A DNA stretch of 64,000 nucleotides, taken from NCBI GenBank assembly GCA_003971905.1, contig RSEE01000018.1:1-64000 (forward strand), given 5' to 3'. Shown piece by piece: positions 62,501 to 64,000 of this stretch. The notes under the pieces were generated by a model, which was not told the origin of the DNA, made no database searches, and worked only from the letters and a program-made list of their open reading frames with translations. The DNA is from Moniliella sp. 'wahieum' (taxonomy: Eukaryota). How positions within the stretch are numbered: position 1 is the first letter of the stretch; the number at the start of each line of letters is the position of its first letter. Made by a program: the position numbers and the translations under genes.

Positions 62501-63272
62501 CGGGGGAAAGGCTGCATCCCTCCGTAGGTGGAGCGGGACTCAAGTCAAGCTCGTGCAAGCCTTCGTCGGGAACGGTGTCCGAAGGGTATACCGCGTTGAG
62601 GCCCCCTTCAATATGAGCGAGTGGCACCTTCTCGTCGGCATCTGAGTGAACCGATGCATCAACAGCAGTGGAATCTGTGCCGTTCCTCACATCGTTAGTG
62701 CTAAACTCGCCTTGGAACGCACCCGTACCAAAGGGATCGAGGGACTGGATAGACTGCGCCTGGGCGTATTGGTCCTGCGGCTGACCCAGCCGACTGCCTG
62801 GCAGAGACGGGGCAAAGAGAGTACTCGTATCCCCCGGTGCGAGCTGCGCCTGGGGTGGGGGTTGATCCGTGTCGCTTCCCCCTTGGGCGTGAGCGGCATG
62901 GTATGGGCTCGAGTCCGGCTCGGGCTGGGTGATGGGCGCGGCAAACTGGGCGAGGTCATGGGCGACTTCCTGGGCGATGCCACCAAAGGCGGTGAAGAAA
63001 CCCGAGAGACGGCTGGGCCGCTGTGTGGGCGGGCGCGGCGCAGACGGCGAGGCAGGGCCGGTCGCTGCTGCCTGCAGGGGGGGCAGCGGTGTGGGCGGCG
63101 GGGGGCAAGCCGGGGTCGATGCTGGCGGCGGGCGCCGTGGGGGGCGGCAGAGCAGCGGCGGGAGCGGTGGACGCGGCCGCGCGGCCTCGAGGGCGGCCTT
63201 GCGGCGCTTGGCCAGCTGCTTCTTGGCGCGGGAGGCCGCCGCAGCGCGATCGGACGCATCCATCGCCTGCAT
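59508..63272 (-). CDS. large coiled-coil protein with acidic internal repeats and a C-terminal CxxC motif
   Basis: N-terminus RAAAASRAKKQLAKRRK, heptad-rich ORF pieces between 59750 and 61200, and C-terminus NHVYHCLACKGDLIIV*. Confidence 0.7.
62055..62617 (-). repeat. three diverged tandem coding repeats, period ~200-215 bp
   Basis: Units at ~62055-62200, 62270-62420 and 62473-62617 encode IEGG(V/L)NAVYPSDTVxDEGLHxxDLxPxPPTEGYSLSPVLESD(F/L)S(G/E)EED. Confidence 0.9.
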
Positions 63273-63355
63273 GGGCGGGCAGCGGGGCGGCGAGGGGCGG
63301 TGGGGTGGTGCAGGCGGCTCCCGTGCGGAGCACAGGGCGGAACCATCAAAACTCC

Positions 63356-63413
63356 GTCACGTGGTGCACGTGACGCGCGGTGCGTGACGCGTGCAGCAGC
63401 CTGTCCACGTGAC
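63356..63413. promoter_or_regulatory. cluster of three GTCACGTG E-boxes plus ACGCGT in a divergent promoter
   Basis: GTCACGTG 63356-63363, CACGTGAC 63367-63374, ACGCGT 63387-63392 and CACGTGAC 63406-63413. Confidence 0.6.
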
Positions 63414-63533
63414 TGTGTGGCGCCGCGTGCGGGCGCGGGGGCAGTGTGGTCGGTCGGCGGCCAGCACGACCCGGTGGCACCGACAGCGGCGCCGCAGACC
63501 AGAGGGCAGCCACCTCCATCCGCCTCCTCGCGC

Positions 63534-64000
63534 ATGCCAACGGCGCGGCTTCCCTCTCTGGCGGCGGGCTCCTCCTGCTGGCCGTATGCGTGGTCGAGGT
63601 GCTGATCAGCGTCGGCGTGCCCGTCTGGAAGAGCGTCTACTTGGCCCGTCTCGCCGCGCCCCAATCCACCCCCGTCGACGTGGGCATCTGGGGCCTGTGC
63701 ACCACCCATCGCCACTGCACCAACGCTGCCGTCGGCCTGGTCTGGGACCCGAGCCAGCTCGACTCGACCCCCGCCTGCGGGCAATGTGCTGCTCAAGGGT
63801 CTGACCGGTGCGCTGCTTCTTCATCCCATCGCCGCCGCCGCTGCTGCGATGGCAGCGCTGTTCGCTCTCGTCGCCGCCTTGCGCACCCCGCGGCCCAAGG
63901 CGCTGTGGGGCAGTGTGGTCGGTGCCTTCTTCTCCTGCGCCGTTACGCTCGCCGCCTTGGCTGTCACGCTCGCCGTCGTTCTCTTGGTCCGGGCCCGGTA
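63534..64000 (+). CDS. PalI/SUR7-family membrane protein (partial, runs off the window)
   Basis: After frameshift correction it reads LLLAVCVVEVLISVGVPVWKSVYL, GIWGLC...C, LTGALLLHPIAAA, followed by further hydrophobic helices. Confidence 0.7.

Noticed and set aside
62055..62617. Repeat-spacer pattern reminiscent of CRISPR or LTRs
   Set aside because: Eukaryotic context, with long diverged units that encode a peptide repeat inside a CDS.
1..64000. Frameshifts in nearly all genes, suggesting mass pseudogenisation or programmed frameshifting/editing
   Set aside because: They hit conserved housekeeping genes (CCT2, SWC4, COG4, RBG1), are mostly small indels, and leave motifs intact. This is typical of unpolished long-read consensus error.

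Overview
GC-rich, gene-dense, intron-poor fungal DNA. Short introns with GTACGT/GTGCGT donors and CTRAC branch points, plus the protein sequences, point to a basidiomycete, probably Ustilaginomycotina-like. About 24 coding loci are visible: a MetR/CYS-3-type bZIP, BAT1, an alpha/beta hydrolase, RHO2, two tandem secreted purple acid phosphatases, a possible C3HC-finger protein, DUS1, cysteine synthase, PUT1, a YJR142W-type Nudix hydrolase, RBG1, an ADGF/ADA2-like deaminase, SWC4, S-formylglutathione hydrolase, a second bZIP, an ERCC6L2/Rad26-like SNF2 ATPase, COG4, CCT2, a 3'-truncated pantothenate kinase, a repeat-containing coiled-coil protein, a PalI/SUR7-like protein and several hypotheticals. 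There is also an intron-containing tRNA-Asn(GTT) and three microsatellites. Almost every conserved gene carries small frameshifting indels, which I read as uncorrected long-read consensus errors, so CDS boundaries are approximate. The most notable region is a lower-GC island at about 9.5-18.4 kb holding an old tandem duplication (phosphatase plus a decayed unknown ORF) and about 1.9 kb of extra unexplained DNA. Other points of interest are the missing C-terminal half of PanK, an exact CYS3 consensus site upstream of cysteine synthase, and recurrent GTCACGTG/ACGCGT promoter modules. I found no convincing wholly new system. All family calls rest on recognising motifs by eye, not on database searches.
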